A DNA stretch of 64,000 nt from Vitrella brassicaformis CCMP3155. Lineage: Eukaryota; Protista; Chromerida. Positions 49,000 to 59,913 of the stretch are shown here, in pieces. A program made the translations under genes and the position numbers. The stretch is from contig CDMY01000450.1 of NCBI GenBank assembly GCA_001179505.1, positions 1 to 64,000 of the forward strand. Reading direction: 5' to 3'. The notes under the pieces are model-generated. The model saw nothing but the letters and a program-made list of their open reading frames with translations, did not search any database and was not told where the DNA came from. Within the stretch, counting starts at the first letter, position 1. Each line of letters begins with the position of its first letter.

Positions 49000-50438
49000 G
49001 TGTCGTCACTTCAGCTATCTTCGACGGTCACGGTGAACATCGTCGGCCTCGACATCACCCACTCACCCGATCCGCCCCACACAGCGGCGACCACCACCAC
49101 CCCAACAGAGGACTCATCTCCCCTCGTCGTCCTCATCTTCGCCCATCCGACCTTCCCCCTGTCAGTGGCTCTCGCCATCAGCAGGGCGTATGTGCAGCAG
49201 TACGGGAGGGTGAAGCATCTGGATGGAGGGCAGGACGGGGGTGAAAGCGAGAGGGGACAGCCTGTGGCATTGCGGTGGCGTGGGGCTCCCCCGAAGGACC
49301 ATGTGATGGAGCATGTTGTCAGGCAGGTGAGTGGAGGAGGGGTGGGGAGTCAACATGTACATCCATCTGTCTGTCTATCACGTCATTGGCAGAGTCGGAA
49401 TGTGTTCCTCTCCTGGATGCATCGGCAAGCGGCATTGCTTACCCAGCCGCCGACGTCCCCTCTTCCCTCGATGCTCCTCTTTGCCCTTCCCCCATCCAGC
49501 CTCCCAACCGCCCCATCCGTCCCGCCAACATCACGGAGATCCCCCCTTCGCTGCCTCTGCTGCCTTCCATTGTCCGTATGTGGCTGTCGTCGGCGGCGGG
49601 AGGCGAAAGAGAAGGTGCCCGAGACGAGAGAAGAGGAGCGGCATGTTTGGGTGAGGCGGTCGGACTCGGCGGACTTGTCACCTGTACCGCCTGGCCTGAC
49701 ACAGCAGTGGACAGAGGCCTTGATGGCTGAGCGGACTGGTGATGGCCCCTGGACCACTCATGCCGTCCTTCAGCCAGCAGCAACAGCAAAGGAGGCACCT
49801 TCGGCAGCCACCGTCCAATCACAGGGCCAGGAGAAAGCTGGCGATCGCACCAAGCAAGCCAAGAGGCGGCCATCGTGGTCGAGCTGGCTGTCCGTCGTGC
49901 CGTCGGCGAAGGCCAAGAAGGCGCAGCGAAGGAGGCCACGCAAGAGGTCGGCAAAGGTGTCTTCGGTAGTGGTTGACGGCCATGATGCTGGCGAGGTCGA
50001 TGGTGGTGCCGATGCTGAGGCGCCTGCACCACGGGTGGTGTGGGGGGATGGGGCTGGTGACGAGACCGCAGCAGTCGAGAACAAGCGCCCTGCGGCAGTG
50101 AGGCTGCGCGTGGTCGGCATGAACAGGTGAGAGACCAGACAGATGGAGGGCACGAGCATCTGAATGCACTTGGCTTGGCTTTTGTTGTATGCATGTCTGG
50201 ATGCAGTGTTGCCATCGCCGTACCAGAGCCTGATCATTCAGGGGCAGACCTTGGTGCGCTGAAAGAAGACTCCGCTGTGATGGAGCTGACGACCAGCGTG
50301 CCAGGGGATGGCAGCGACGAGCAGAAAAGACATAGGGGCGGTCGGTGTGTGTCTGTGGAGTGCATGGCGCTGGCTCTGCGGCCTGCTCTAGAGGTGTGGG
50401 ATGCCTTCGAGAGGCAGATGGGCGTGACGTGTACATAG
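49000..50438 (+). CDS. Hypothetical protein, multi-exon; 5' end uncertain
   Basis: Protein-like segments (VNIVGLDIT..PLVVLIFAHPTFPLSVALAISRAYVQQYG; AVRLRVVGMNR|; ALALRPALEVWDAFERQMGVTCT*) separated by GT-AG introns. Confidence 0.5.
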
Positions 50439-50571
50439 AGGTGGACAGGCAGGGCCCGAGACACTAGTGCCGGTTGTGTACAGACAAACTCATTCACTCA
50501 TGTGATGTGAATGAATGGGGTTGAGACCAACCGATGAGTGGACAAGTCTCACAGCAATGTCGCTGACAAGG

Positions 50572-52172
50572 TCAAGCATTCCCTCGGATTCTGGTGCAGG
50601 CGAGAGAAGACCCTTCATCAAAATACAAAATGTAGGCAGGGATCGGATCGCACGAACATGTATGCGCATCTGAATTGATGTCTCTGCCAATTATGAAATG
50701 TAGGCAGCCCTCCACCGGCTGCGTCGACTCCTCCTCCCCCTGAAGCTGCACCTGCTGCTCCTGCTGCACCGAGGCGGCGGGCAGCGGGGCCAGGCCAGCG
50801 AAACGCGACCCTGCACAGCACACACAGAACAGACAGAGGCAGGACCTTCTTCCTTCCCTCGCTTCCTCTCTCTATCCGTGTGTATATCAATGGGTATATA
50901 TATGTATCACCGCTGGTCCACTGGCGACCTTGAGACTCCTCAGACACCTTGGCTGCAAACGCAATGCATCAATGTGTGGGTCAACACGTGAGGGCAGGTG
51001 TTCGTATCTTCCTCCTTACCGTCCTCCCATGGAGCACGCTGCTCAGCCGACAACTGAGACACACCTACAGACAGACAGACAGACAGAAAAGTGTAGTTGG
51101 ACGAGAGTGACAGGTGTGCCATTCCATTCGATCCATCCATCACCCTTGTCCTTCTCCATGGGAAGTCCCTGCACACGCACGACACGACACGACTGCAGTG
51201 AATTTTCTGGGGCGCTGTGTGTTGGCTAACGCACCATGAAGATGATGTTTTCTTTGGCCTCTGTGCTCTTGGACTGGATGACATCCGCCACGTCCAACGC
51301 CGTGGCCTGACAACATGAGAGGGCCATACGTACACATTCAGGCACGCTCCACACTCTCCCCGTGTCTCTTTCCAAGCTCACCGCTTGATCGAACGAGAAT
51401 GTCTCCTGGGTGCCGCCATGCGTGTCAATGAGTATCGACCTGAACGGCACGCACAGAAAGTGTGAGAGCTGCATTACCCTTGAACACACTTACGTGTGAG
51501 CTAGCGTGAGTGTTTCGATGCCTGCGTAGTCGAAGTTGAGCAGCAAAACTGACAAACAGAAGAAGAGAGGACGAACATGAAGTAGATGAGTTATGTGGGG
51601 CGCGTTTGTGTCAGCTCACTCTCCTCGCCCTCCTCGCCCAGTGTGACGAACTTGATGGCCGACGCCGTGGCGATGAGACAACCCTGGGCAGACACACAGA
51701 TGGAAGTGGCTATCACGTCCTCTCCTTTCCCCTGCCTGGATGACGTCGCCGGTGTGAGTGAGGATACCAACTCCGAAGAAACGCACATCCCTGCGGAAGG
51801 AATGTCGACGTATCATCATCATGTCTCTGTGCATTCCATGTGTTTATGTGTGTGGATGCCCACCCGTTGGCTGACGAGGAGGAGGGCTGGCCTTGCGACG
51901 ACTCGAGGGCGCCCATCGACAGATTCGCACCTAAAAACAACGCAGCGCCAGCCATTTCAGCATTCCCGCCGCCTTCGCCACTGCACACACTCACCAGCGA
52001 TGGCCAGGTTCTCGAACTTGCCCGAGATGGACCCTTTGCCACACACAGAGGTAGGATCCATCCATCCATCCATCCATGCGGTGTGAGTACCTTCCTCAGC
52101 GGGATCCACAGCACCAGTCGCCTTCCCCTCCACGGTGGGCTGATCCTGCGCCGCACCAGCCTTGTCCATCAT
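50572..52172 (-). CDS. Hypothetical protein, multi-exon; possibly PH/GRAM-like fold (weak)
   Basis: Exons MMDKAGAAQ..EE|GSISGKFENLAIA|GANLSMG..ANG|DVRFFGVGILTHTGDVIQ..GCLIATASAIKFV..SILIDTHGGTQETFSFDQAVSLE; 3' end uncertain. Confidence 0.45.
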
Positions 52173-52394
52173 AGCTCCTTCTTCTCTTCCTGCCGTACAA
52201 ACGATGGTTCTGGCCGATCGCATCGGTGCGAGCTTGTTTGGCGAGGCTGCTGACGGGAAAGAGCCATCGTCTGCCACGTCCAACGACCCACGTTGCAGCC
52301 GTATAGATCTCTGGTAGGTGACCGAATGCAGCTTCAATATGGGACAATGATGGACGAATGGCTCTGTCGTATGCAGATCTCTCAGGGAGGGCCA

Positions 52395-54288
52395 ATGGCG
52401 CATCCCCCCCACTCCTACCACGTGTCCTTCTCGCCGGCGTTCGGCCAGACGAGCCACGAGCTGGTGCTGCTGGAGCTGACAGACGACATCCAGAGGAGCC
52501 TCGAGGAGGGCAGGGACGTCTTCATCAAGGGCGACCCTGCGGCTGATGGCGATGCCGTCCTCTGCACTGACGACAAGACCTACGAGCTGCGCATCAACGA
52601 GACCTCCAACCCCAAATTCCTCGCCGTCCCCTGTGAGCCACCCCCCGGCCCGATCCCTCCCACCGTGCCCCAGGCCGACTGCACTGAGACACTCCCCATG
52701 GCCAGCGGCACCACCCCGATGGACGTAGACCCGCCTCAGGGCGCCGCGGCTGCAGCTGCAGGGGCTGAGGAGGCGCAGAAGGGCGATGGTGATGGTGGCG
52801 TGGAGGAGCGGGGCCTGATCATCATGTCGAAGTGCCTGTCGGAGATCTCGCCCATCCCGACGGTCCCTCGCGTGACGCAAGTAGGAAGGGTGCTGCAGCA
52901 GATCAAGTTGCAGGGGCAGCAGCTGGACGAGGGTGACCAGGAGGGCCGTGCTCGTCTCCGACGGCGCAGCACGACGGCAGCGCTGGCGTATGACGTGCAG
53001 GCGTCGCGGAGTCAGCTGGAGGCCTACCTGGCGGCGCAGAACAACTTGGTGGAGATCGAGGGTGAGTGGCGTGTCATCGATGAGGACCACGTGTACAGCA
53101 CCATCGACCTGACACTCAGCCATGTGACCGCGGGGCGGTTCCCGGCCGATGCCATCCCTCTTCACGACCTGTGTGACGCCCTCAAAGACACCGATGACGA
53201 CACACAAGGGGCCGACAAGGGTACCCGGCCGCACACTAGCATACGACAGCACAAATATGAATGCGCCACGTGCTTGTGCTTTCCTTTCCCTGTGCAGGTC
53301 AGTTTGACACATCGCCGGAGGTCGTGCACAAGATCCTGACGCCCTACCTGATCCCTCCCCCCCTCCTCCAGCCCCCCTCCAGCAACCCCACACTGGCCCT
53401 CGACCGCACCCAGGTGCAGCGCTTCATCGGCCTGAACGTCCTCTACACCAACAAGAAGTCAGGCGAGGAGCACCTGACCACAGAGGCCTTCAAGCAGCGT
53501 TGGAGGCAGAAGATGGGGCCGTGGACCAACGAGCAGCAGCAGGAGGGTGCTTCGCGTGGAGGGGGAGGTGGGGTGGCGACGAGCCCGTCGGGGTGGAGTC
53601 AGGGTCGCAGTAGCGGTAGCATAGAGCGTGATGGAGCGGATTGGGAGGGACTGCCGATCGATCTGCTGAGCGGGCAGTATTACCTGCTGTTCGAGGAGCA
53701 GCAGCTGCCGGTGGTGGTCTACATGGACGAGAAAGCCCTAGCCATCGACCCCAAACAGCGACTCCAGGTAGGTATGATTGGCTCGCCAAGAGAGGGCGGG
53801 ACGATGCGATGAGGGAGGGGGAATGTGTACAGGCAATTGATTGGTTCATTCATTAGTCCCTCCCTGTCTGTCTGTGTGTCTGTGTGTGTGATGTGCGCTC
53901 GTCTTCAGGCGATGATAGACGTCAAGTCGGTGTGGACGCGGCGCGAGCTGCATGGGTACCTGTCGCCCGTCCTTCCGCCGCACACCAAACTCGACTCATT
54001 CATCATGGACAACACACGAGTAAGAGGCCAAGAGAGAGCAACGTGCGTGCAACACACCAACACCCCGGCGTCCGTCCCTGCCTCTCCCTCCCTGTGTGTA
54101 TATGTCAGCCGACTGACATCACGGTTGTGTTGCGTGAGGAGAAGGACGAGGCCGGCAACTCGGTGCAGGAGACGGTGGTGGTCAAGGCCTACACGAGCAA
54201 GCTGCTGACCAAGAGGGACATGGACGCACGCAAGAAGGCCCTCGCCGAGAGCCGCAAGGCACGCGAGCAGGAGTATCTATACTCCTGA
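52395..54288 (+). CDS. DCC1: Sister chromatid cohesion protein DCC1 (Ctf18-RFC subunit), multi-exon
   Basis: LVLLELTDDIQRSLEEGRDVFIKGD..DAVLCTDDKTYELRINETSN; IEGEWRVID; LAIDPKQRLQ|AMIDVKSVWTRRELHGYL. Confidence 0.87.
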
Positions 54289-54732
54289 ATGTGTAGCTAT
54301 AGTGGGTGGGGTAGGTGCCTCATTCACATATGATGTGCATAGCATAGCGAGAGAGAGAGATGCATCCCAAGTAGGTGTGTGTTGTGCGGACTCGTACGTG
54401 AGTGTCGGTTTACATTACGGGTCCTTGAGTTGACATGGTCCTCGAGAGTGTAAAGTCTGTGCTGCTCGTGAGGGAAGCAAGCCATGCAGACACGCAGACG
54501 CAACACGCCAGCGGCCGAGCCGATCCTCCATGTGCAAGCACAATCAGAGAAGCACGGCAACGAACACGAGATACAAACATGGTCGCGCACATCCAGTCTG
54601 CCTGGGCTTTATCGACAATCTATGCATGCTACGCACTCCTCGACCACAGAGCATGCCAGCGGAAGAAAGGAAGTCAGTCAACACTGGGGATCAGGGGGGG
54701 AGCACACCGAGAAAGAGGCGGACTAGGCGGAC

Positions 54733-54791
54733 TCAGATCTTGGCCTTGTAGACCTTCTGGATCATCTCGGGGCTCATCTTGATCAGCTTCT

Positions 54792-54823
<32 letters not shown>

Positions 54824-55375
54824 CACACACTCTGATGTGATGCCCACATGCCGTCCGTCTTTCCACTTATCTCTCTCTCCCTGCTCGCTCACCTGCTTGG
54901 CTTTCTTGTGCCACTTGCGGATCTTGCTGCTGTCCTTGATGACCTGCACCGCGCCCTTGCCCAGCGCCTTGACCTCATTCTCGGCCTTGCGCTTCTCCTT
55001 CTCCTTGCGCTTCTCCGCCACCTTCTTCCGCCTGTCGGCCCGCTGCTGCTTCATCTCCCGCTCGAACGCCTTCATGTCGTCCTTCTTGCGCTTGGCCGCC
55101 CGCCGGTCCTCATAGGACTGCTGCCGATGCGCAAAGTTGGCCGCCATCTTCTTGCTCGCCCGCTGCCGCACCTCAGCGTGGTCGTGCTTCCAGACTCTGC
55201 CGCTGCGTGGCCGGCCGATCTTGGCCCTCTCTGCTCCAGCCGGCTTGGTCTTCTTCTGGATGTCTTTCTTGACTCTCTTGATGGCTCGGTCCTCTGGTGT
55301 TTTCTTGGTCGCTGACGCCGTTGAGGGCGGCGCCTCTGCCTCCATAGGAGTGGGACCATCGCTTGGTGACGCCAT
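54733..55375 (-). CDS. CCDC86: CCDC86/Cgr1-like nucleolar coiled-coil protein, 2 exons
   Basis: GRPRSGRVWK, highly basic coiled coil, KRKAENEVKA..VQVIKDSSKIRKWHKKAKQ|KLIKM. Confidence 0.85.
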
Positions 55376-55615
55376 TGCCGGCAGGCACGACAGAAGGGGA
55401 TAGATGTGACCACTTTTCTTGCTCTAATGTCAGGGATGGTCCTCAGAGTGCTCCACAAGTCCTCAGATCACTCCCAAGCCCTCCAAGGGAAGGAAGCTCG
55501 CAGATGTGCGAGCTTGGGCTTGAGCTTGCAGATCTCCCCCTGGGCGCACTCTACGCTGTAGAATTTTCTCTATTTGGTTTCTCAACAGGTATTTCGGCAA
55601 TCGTCGCCTCAGCTA

Positions 55616-57313
55616 ATGGATTCGGAAGGGAGTTTTGCCACCAAGAGCATCCATGCCGGCTCCAAGCCTCGCGTGAACCACTCCATGGTCTGTCCCATCT
55701 TCCAGAGGTGAGCACACGGCTGCAGCAAGACACCCATGCATAGATCTGCACAGATCATTCATCGTGTGGGTCTGTCTGCTTCCAGCGCCACTTATGAGCA
55801 ACCGTCGCTGGATCAGAGATACGAGGACATCAAGTACCTGCGGCTCAACAACAGCCCCACACACGAGCACCTGGATGCCAAGATCGGCCAGCTGGAGAAT
55901 GGAACGGCCTTGGTCCTCAGCTCGGGTATGGAAGATACGACCGGCACTCACTGAAGTGTATGTGGTGCTGTCTGCCTCAGGTATGGCGGCCATTACGACG
56001 TCGCTGCTGGCTTTGTGCTCGTCGGGGGATCACATCCTGATGCAGGACCCTTGCTATGGCGCATCAACTGTTTTCGCCACTCACGACTTGACCAGGTTTG
56101 GCATGGACGTCACCTTCTTCAACAGCTTCGACGTCCAGAGGTGGGTACACACGCAATCAAGCTGCTCGCGAATTGACAGGCCACTGCTCGCTTCCCCCTC
56201 CTTGCCGTCCGTCAGTATCGATGAGGTGCTGTCGCTGCTGCGGCCCTCCACCCGGGTGATCTACGTCGAGTCGATCGCCAACCCCCTCACGCGCATCCCC
56301 AACATGCCGGTCATCATCGAGGCGGCAAAGCTGTTCGGCGAGCGGCACGGCACACGCATCATCACCATGATCGACAACACCTTCGCCACGCCCTACAACT
56401 TCCGCCCGCTGGACTGCGGAATCGACGTGGTGCTCCACTCGGGCACCAAATACTTGAACGGCCATTCCGACATCTGTGCAGGTACACCAATCACATCGAT
56501 GGCATGTGGGATGGATGGAGGGAAGGGCGATCGTCATTTCCTTTTCTCTATCTTACTTACTGCTGCGTGCCGTGCAGGTGTGGTTGTGGTGCGCGACAAG
56601 TCTCTGATGGAGAAGATACAGACCATGGCGACACACCTCGGGCCGTGCCTTGACCCCAACTCGTGCTTCCTTCTCGACCGAGGCCTCAAGACCCTCCCAC
56701 TCCGCATCCAGCAGCACAATGACAACGCCCTCCGACTCGCACAGTTCCTCGAGAGCCATCAATCCGTTGCGAGAGTCAACTATCCAGGTCGGCCACACCC
56801 ACACACAACCATGCCTCCTCTATCGCTCCCTCATCTGTGTGTGCAGGCCTCGAGAGCCACAAGGACCACGCCAGGGCCCTGTCGCTCTTCACTCCGCACC
56901 AAAGTCATCACGGCAAGGTCACCGACGGCACGGCCAATGGCACAGACGGCCATGGGTCATCCGTAGGGTGCGGCGGCATGCTGTCGTTCGAGCTGGCCAG
57001 CGCATCCCTCGAAGCAGCTGGGAGATTCGTTTACGCGTTGCAAGTGGCGACGATGGCGCCGTCTCTGGGGTCTGTCGAGACACTTGTGACCATCCCTGCA
57101 CGATCTTCGCATGCCGGTGCGGTGAGGGGGTGAAAGCCGGGAGGAAGGAAGTTCTCGCGCCCTCTGTCTTATGTGCGTGTGTCATATGCAGGCCTGTCTG
57201 CTGAGGAGCGTCAGCGAGCGGGTGTGTCGGAGTCGCTCATCAGGGTCTCGGTCGGATTGGAAGGCATCGAGGACCTCATCGAGGACTTTCAGACGGCGCT
57301 CAAGCAAGTGTAG
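55616..57313 (+). CDS. PLP-dependent Cys/Met metabolism enzyme (cystathionine gamma-lyase/methionine gamma-lyase family), multi-exon
   Basis: FATKSIHAG, PIFQ|SATY, YLRLNNSPT, SSGMAAI, YVESIANP, IDNTFATP, HSGTKYLNGHSD (PLP lysine), GGMLSF, SLGSVETL, LIRVSVGLEGIEDLIEDF. Confidence 0.93.
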
Positions 57314-57847
57314 GTCGCCGGTGGAATGGACGAATCGGTGGAGGGAGGGGTGTTTGGCCAAGAGGGCCAAACGCGCGAGATATTTGAGTTTTTGCTGTTG
57401 CCATGCTGCGTTTTGTTTGGTCAATCCATGTGTGTGCATTGCATGATTGATGAATGGCGAGACGTGTTTGTCTGTGTGTGGACGGACGGCTGACACGGCG
57501 CCGTGTGGACAAATGATTCAACCATCGTGGCCGGTGCGTCCAATGCGACTAATCAAATCACACACACACGCACACACGCGCGCGCACGCACACAGACATA
57601 CGAATGCTTTCACACCAGTCGGCGGCCGACTGACAGGCAAATGTCAGTTGAGCGGTATCTGCACACATCGCTGACCCATCCCATAGCCGCGCTAACACAC
57701 CCAACTAGCCAGACAGACTAAGGCAGCACCATCTCGCGTCATCACACCTACGCAGCACTTGACAACCACTGCCCCTGTCTAGTCATCCTGTCTCCCCCTC
57801 CCACCCGCGCGCCCTCCCTGCTGGGTCGTCGTGGGGTCCTCGGCCGG

Positions 57848-59484
57848 CTAGTTGATGCCCAGCGGCTGGAAGAGGCCGATGTCGTTGACCCACCCCAGCT
57901 GACCCCAACCGAACTGACAGTCGTCGTTGCCCAGGTGGCTGTTGAAGCCCTTGACCACACCAGTCAGCCCATATCGGGCCGCCTCGTCCAGCCGAGCCCG
58001 ATGCACCACCTCACGCAGACCCACCCGCCGCACAGTCGGCCCCTCTCTGACGGCGAAGCACTGGAGGGGCACCCGCACCACCCGGCCGCCCACATTGGCC
58101 ATGCCGCCGATGACCTCCTCATTGTCGGCCGTCTTGGTCGCCGCGCACTTGACGAAGCGCTGCATGGCCCTCTTGATGCGGTGGGCCACCACGGGCTGCC
58201 CGAGGGTGATGGTGTCAACGGCCTCTGGCTCGTGGAGGAAGGCACCGATCTTCCAGGCCACCTGGGCCGTCGCATCCGTGAGGGCAAATGGGGAGGGGGC
58301 AGCGGGGGCATGTGCTGCAGCAGCAGTGGATGTGTCAGTGGCGGTGGTGGGTGGGGCGGGGCGGGCGAGGGGCAGCAGGCGCGTCAGCACGCTGGCGGCG
58401 TCTCGCTGGGGATTGAGGGCGCCGTTGACGCCGTCCATGACGGCCTTGGGCAGCTTGTCGTTGAGGACGGTGAGGTACTCGGCCAACACCACACTGTGCG
58501 CATCTCGAGCTTGCTGCCTGGCGTCGGGTGGCAGCTGCTGTGGAGTCCGCACCATGGCGATGGCTGCCCCCGATGTCAGGAGTGTGCGGATGGCCCGCTG
58601 CATCCCGCTGACCGTCGCATCACGCGGCACTAAGGGATCCTCCTCACCATCATCTTGGCTGCGCAACTCGGCGACCCTCCTGGCAGCGATGCCCAAAGGC
58701 GTCCGGTGGAAGCGAAAGGGCCATGGATCTGTGGCTGTTTTGATCTGTGCGGGGCTGAGATGCTGACACAGCCACTCGATCACGTGATAGGACGAGTTGC
58801 GTGCCGCCTCCGGCAGGACCGCCGACTCGTCGATGCTGGCGCCGTTGTCCATCATCAGCTGCAGGTAGCCGTGGATGAAGCCCTCCGAGTAGGTGCGGCC
58901 AACCATGGCTGCACGATGGATGACATTGCTGCCAACAATTGCCTCGTTGGCGAGGGAGGGGTCGAGCTTGACGAGGTAGGTGTAGATGCCCATCATGGCC
59001 GCCTCGTACTGTTCGCTGGAACGCACCCCCCGTCGCAGGAAGGCCAGCTTCCGCCCTCTCAGATCCGCCCCGCTGGCCACGAGGATCTTGACGGCCGTCA
59101 GGTTGGCCACAGCGGCAGCACCAGCCGTCCAGCGTCCGTGCCCGGCAACCCGATGCCTAGGGGGGCTTCGAGCGCCGTGGGAGTGCTCCAGTCGTCGATG
59201 GCCAATGACAGCAGACACACTCGCAGCCAACGCTCGTAGCGCTCGTGACCAGAGGTCCAGGTGGTGATGAGGTCAATGCACACTCGTGGGTCGGCCCCCT
59301 TGCGAATGAGCCGCTGGATGCCGTCAGGTGTGATTGTGCGTCGCAGGATGCCCTGGACGAGCCGCTTGGTGGCCGCATTGGTGCCGGGCGGGAAGCGGAC
59401 CTTCACATTCTCTATCACATACGGCTGCTGCTGTGGCTGCTGTGGTTGCTGTGGTTGCTGTCCGGCTGGTGATGAAGCGGACAT
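57848..59484 (-). pseudogene. Ankyrin-like expanded-family gene, copy 3; frameshifting internal deletion (148 bp relative to copy 1)
   Basis: N-terminal ORF ends ..RLVLPLWPT*; the rest is in another frame; the segment between two TGGCC sites present in copy 1 (18362, 18510) is collapsed to one TGGCC at 59104-59108. Confidence 0.88.
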
Positions 59485-59865
59485 GATCCTCAAAATCTGC
59501 ACACAGCAGAGCCACGAATACAGAGTGTTGTCATCGCACTCGGTGTGGCGCATTGTGCTGCGCTGCTGTACCTGAGAAATGGGCACTGACGAACCCCGTG
59601 ACGCTCCGATGAGGCAGTCACGTCGAGGAACCTACTCCTGCGCACCTGATCTACTGCAAGGGCTCGTCAGTCCGTCGGCAGCTGGCTGCTGACTCCTCCG
59701 AAGCTATGAAACAACAACAGTGCTACCTGCAAGGACAGGCAGAAGCGCACATGCAACCGTTGCTTTTGGCCAGATCTGCATCTTTACCTCTTCCCCGCCT
59801 ACCAGAGATCCACAACGATGTTTGAAAGCTTCACTCCGGGAGGGCAAGCGATCTGCGGGGTCTAA

Positions 59866-59889
59866 ACCCTACACAACCACAAACCCTGC
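59866..59889. promoter_or_regulatory. Telomere-like bipartite motif ACCCTACA-N7-AAACCCTGC just upstream of SHMT
   Basis: Reverse-complement version of the motifs at 23613 and 61722. Confidence 0.55.
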
Positions 59890-59913
59890 AGTGGGAAACC
59901 AGGTGGGAAAGTC

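Noticed and set aside
51957-53393. 478-aa minus-strand ORF
   Set aside because: Mostly antisense to the DCC1 exon; only its last part overlaps exons and introns of the neighbouring minus-strand gene
55921-55990. Introner-like direct repeat at intron ends (CTCGG|GTATGG and CTCAG|GTATGG)
   Set aside because: Explained by ordinary proto-splice-site consensus; single instance and no related intron copies in the window
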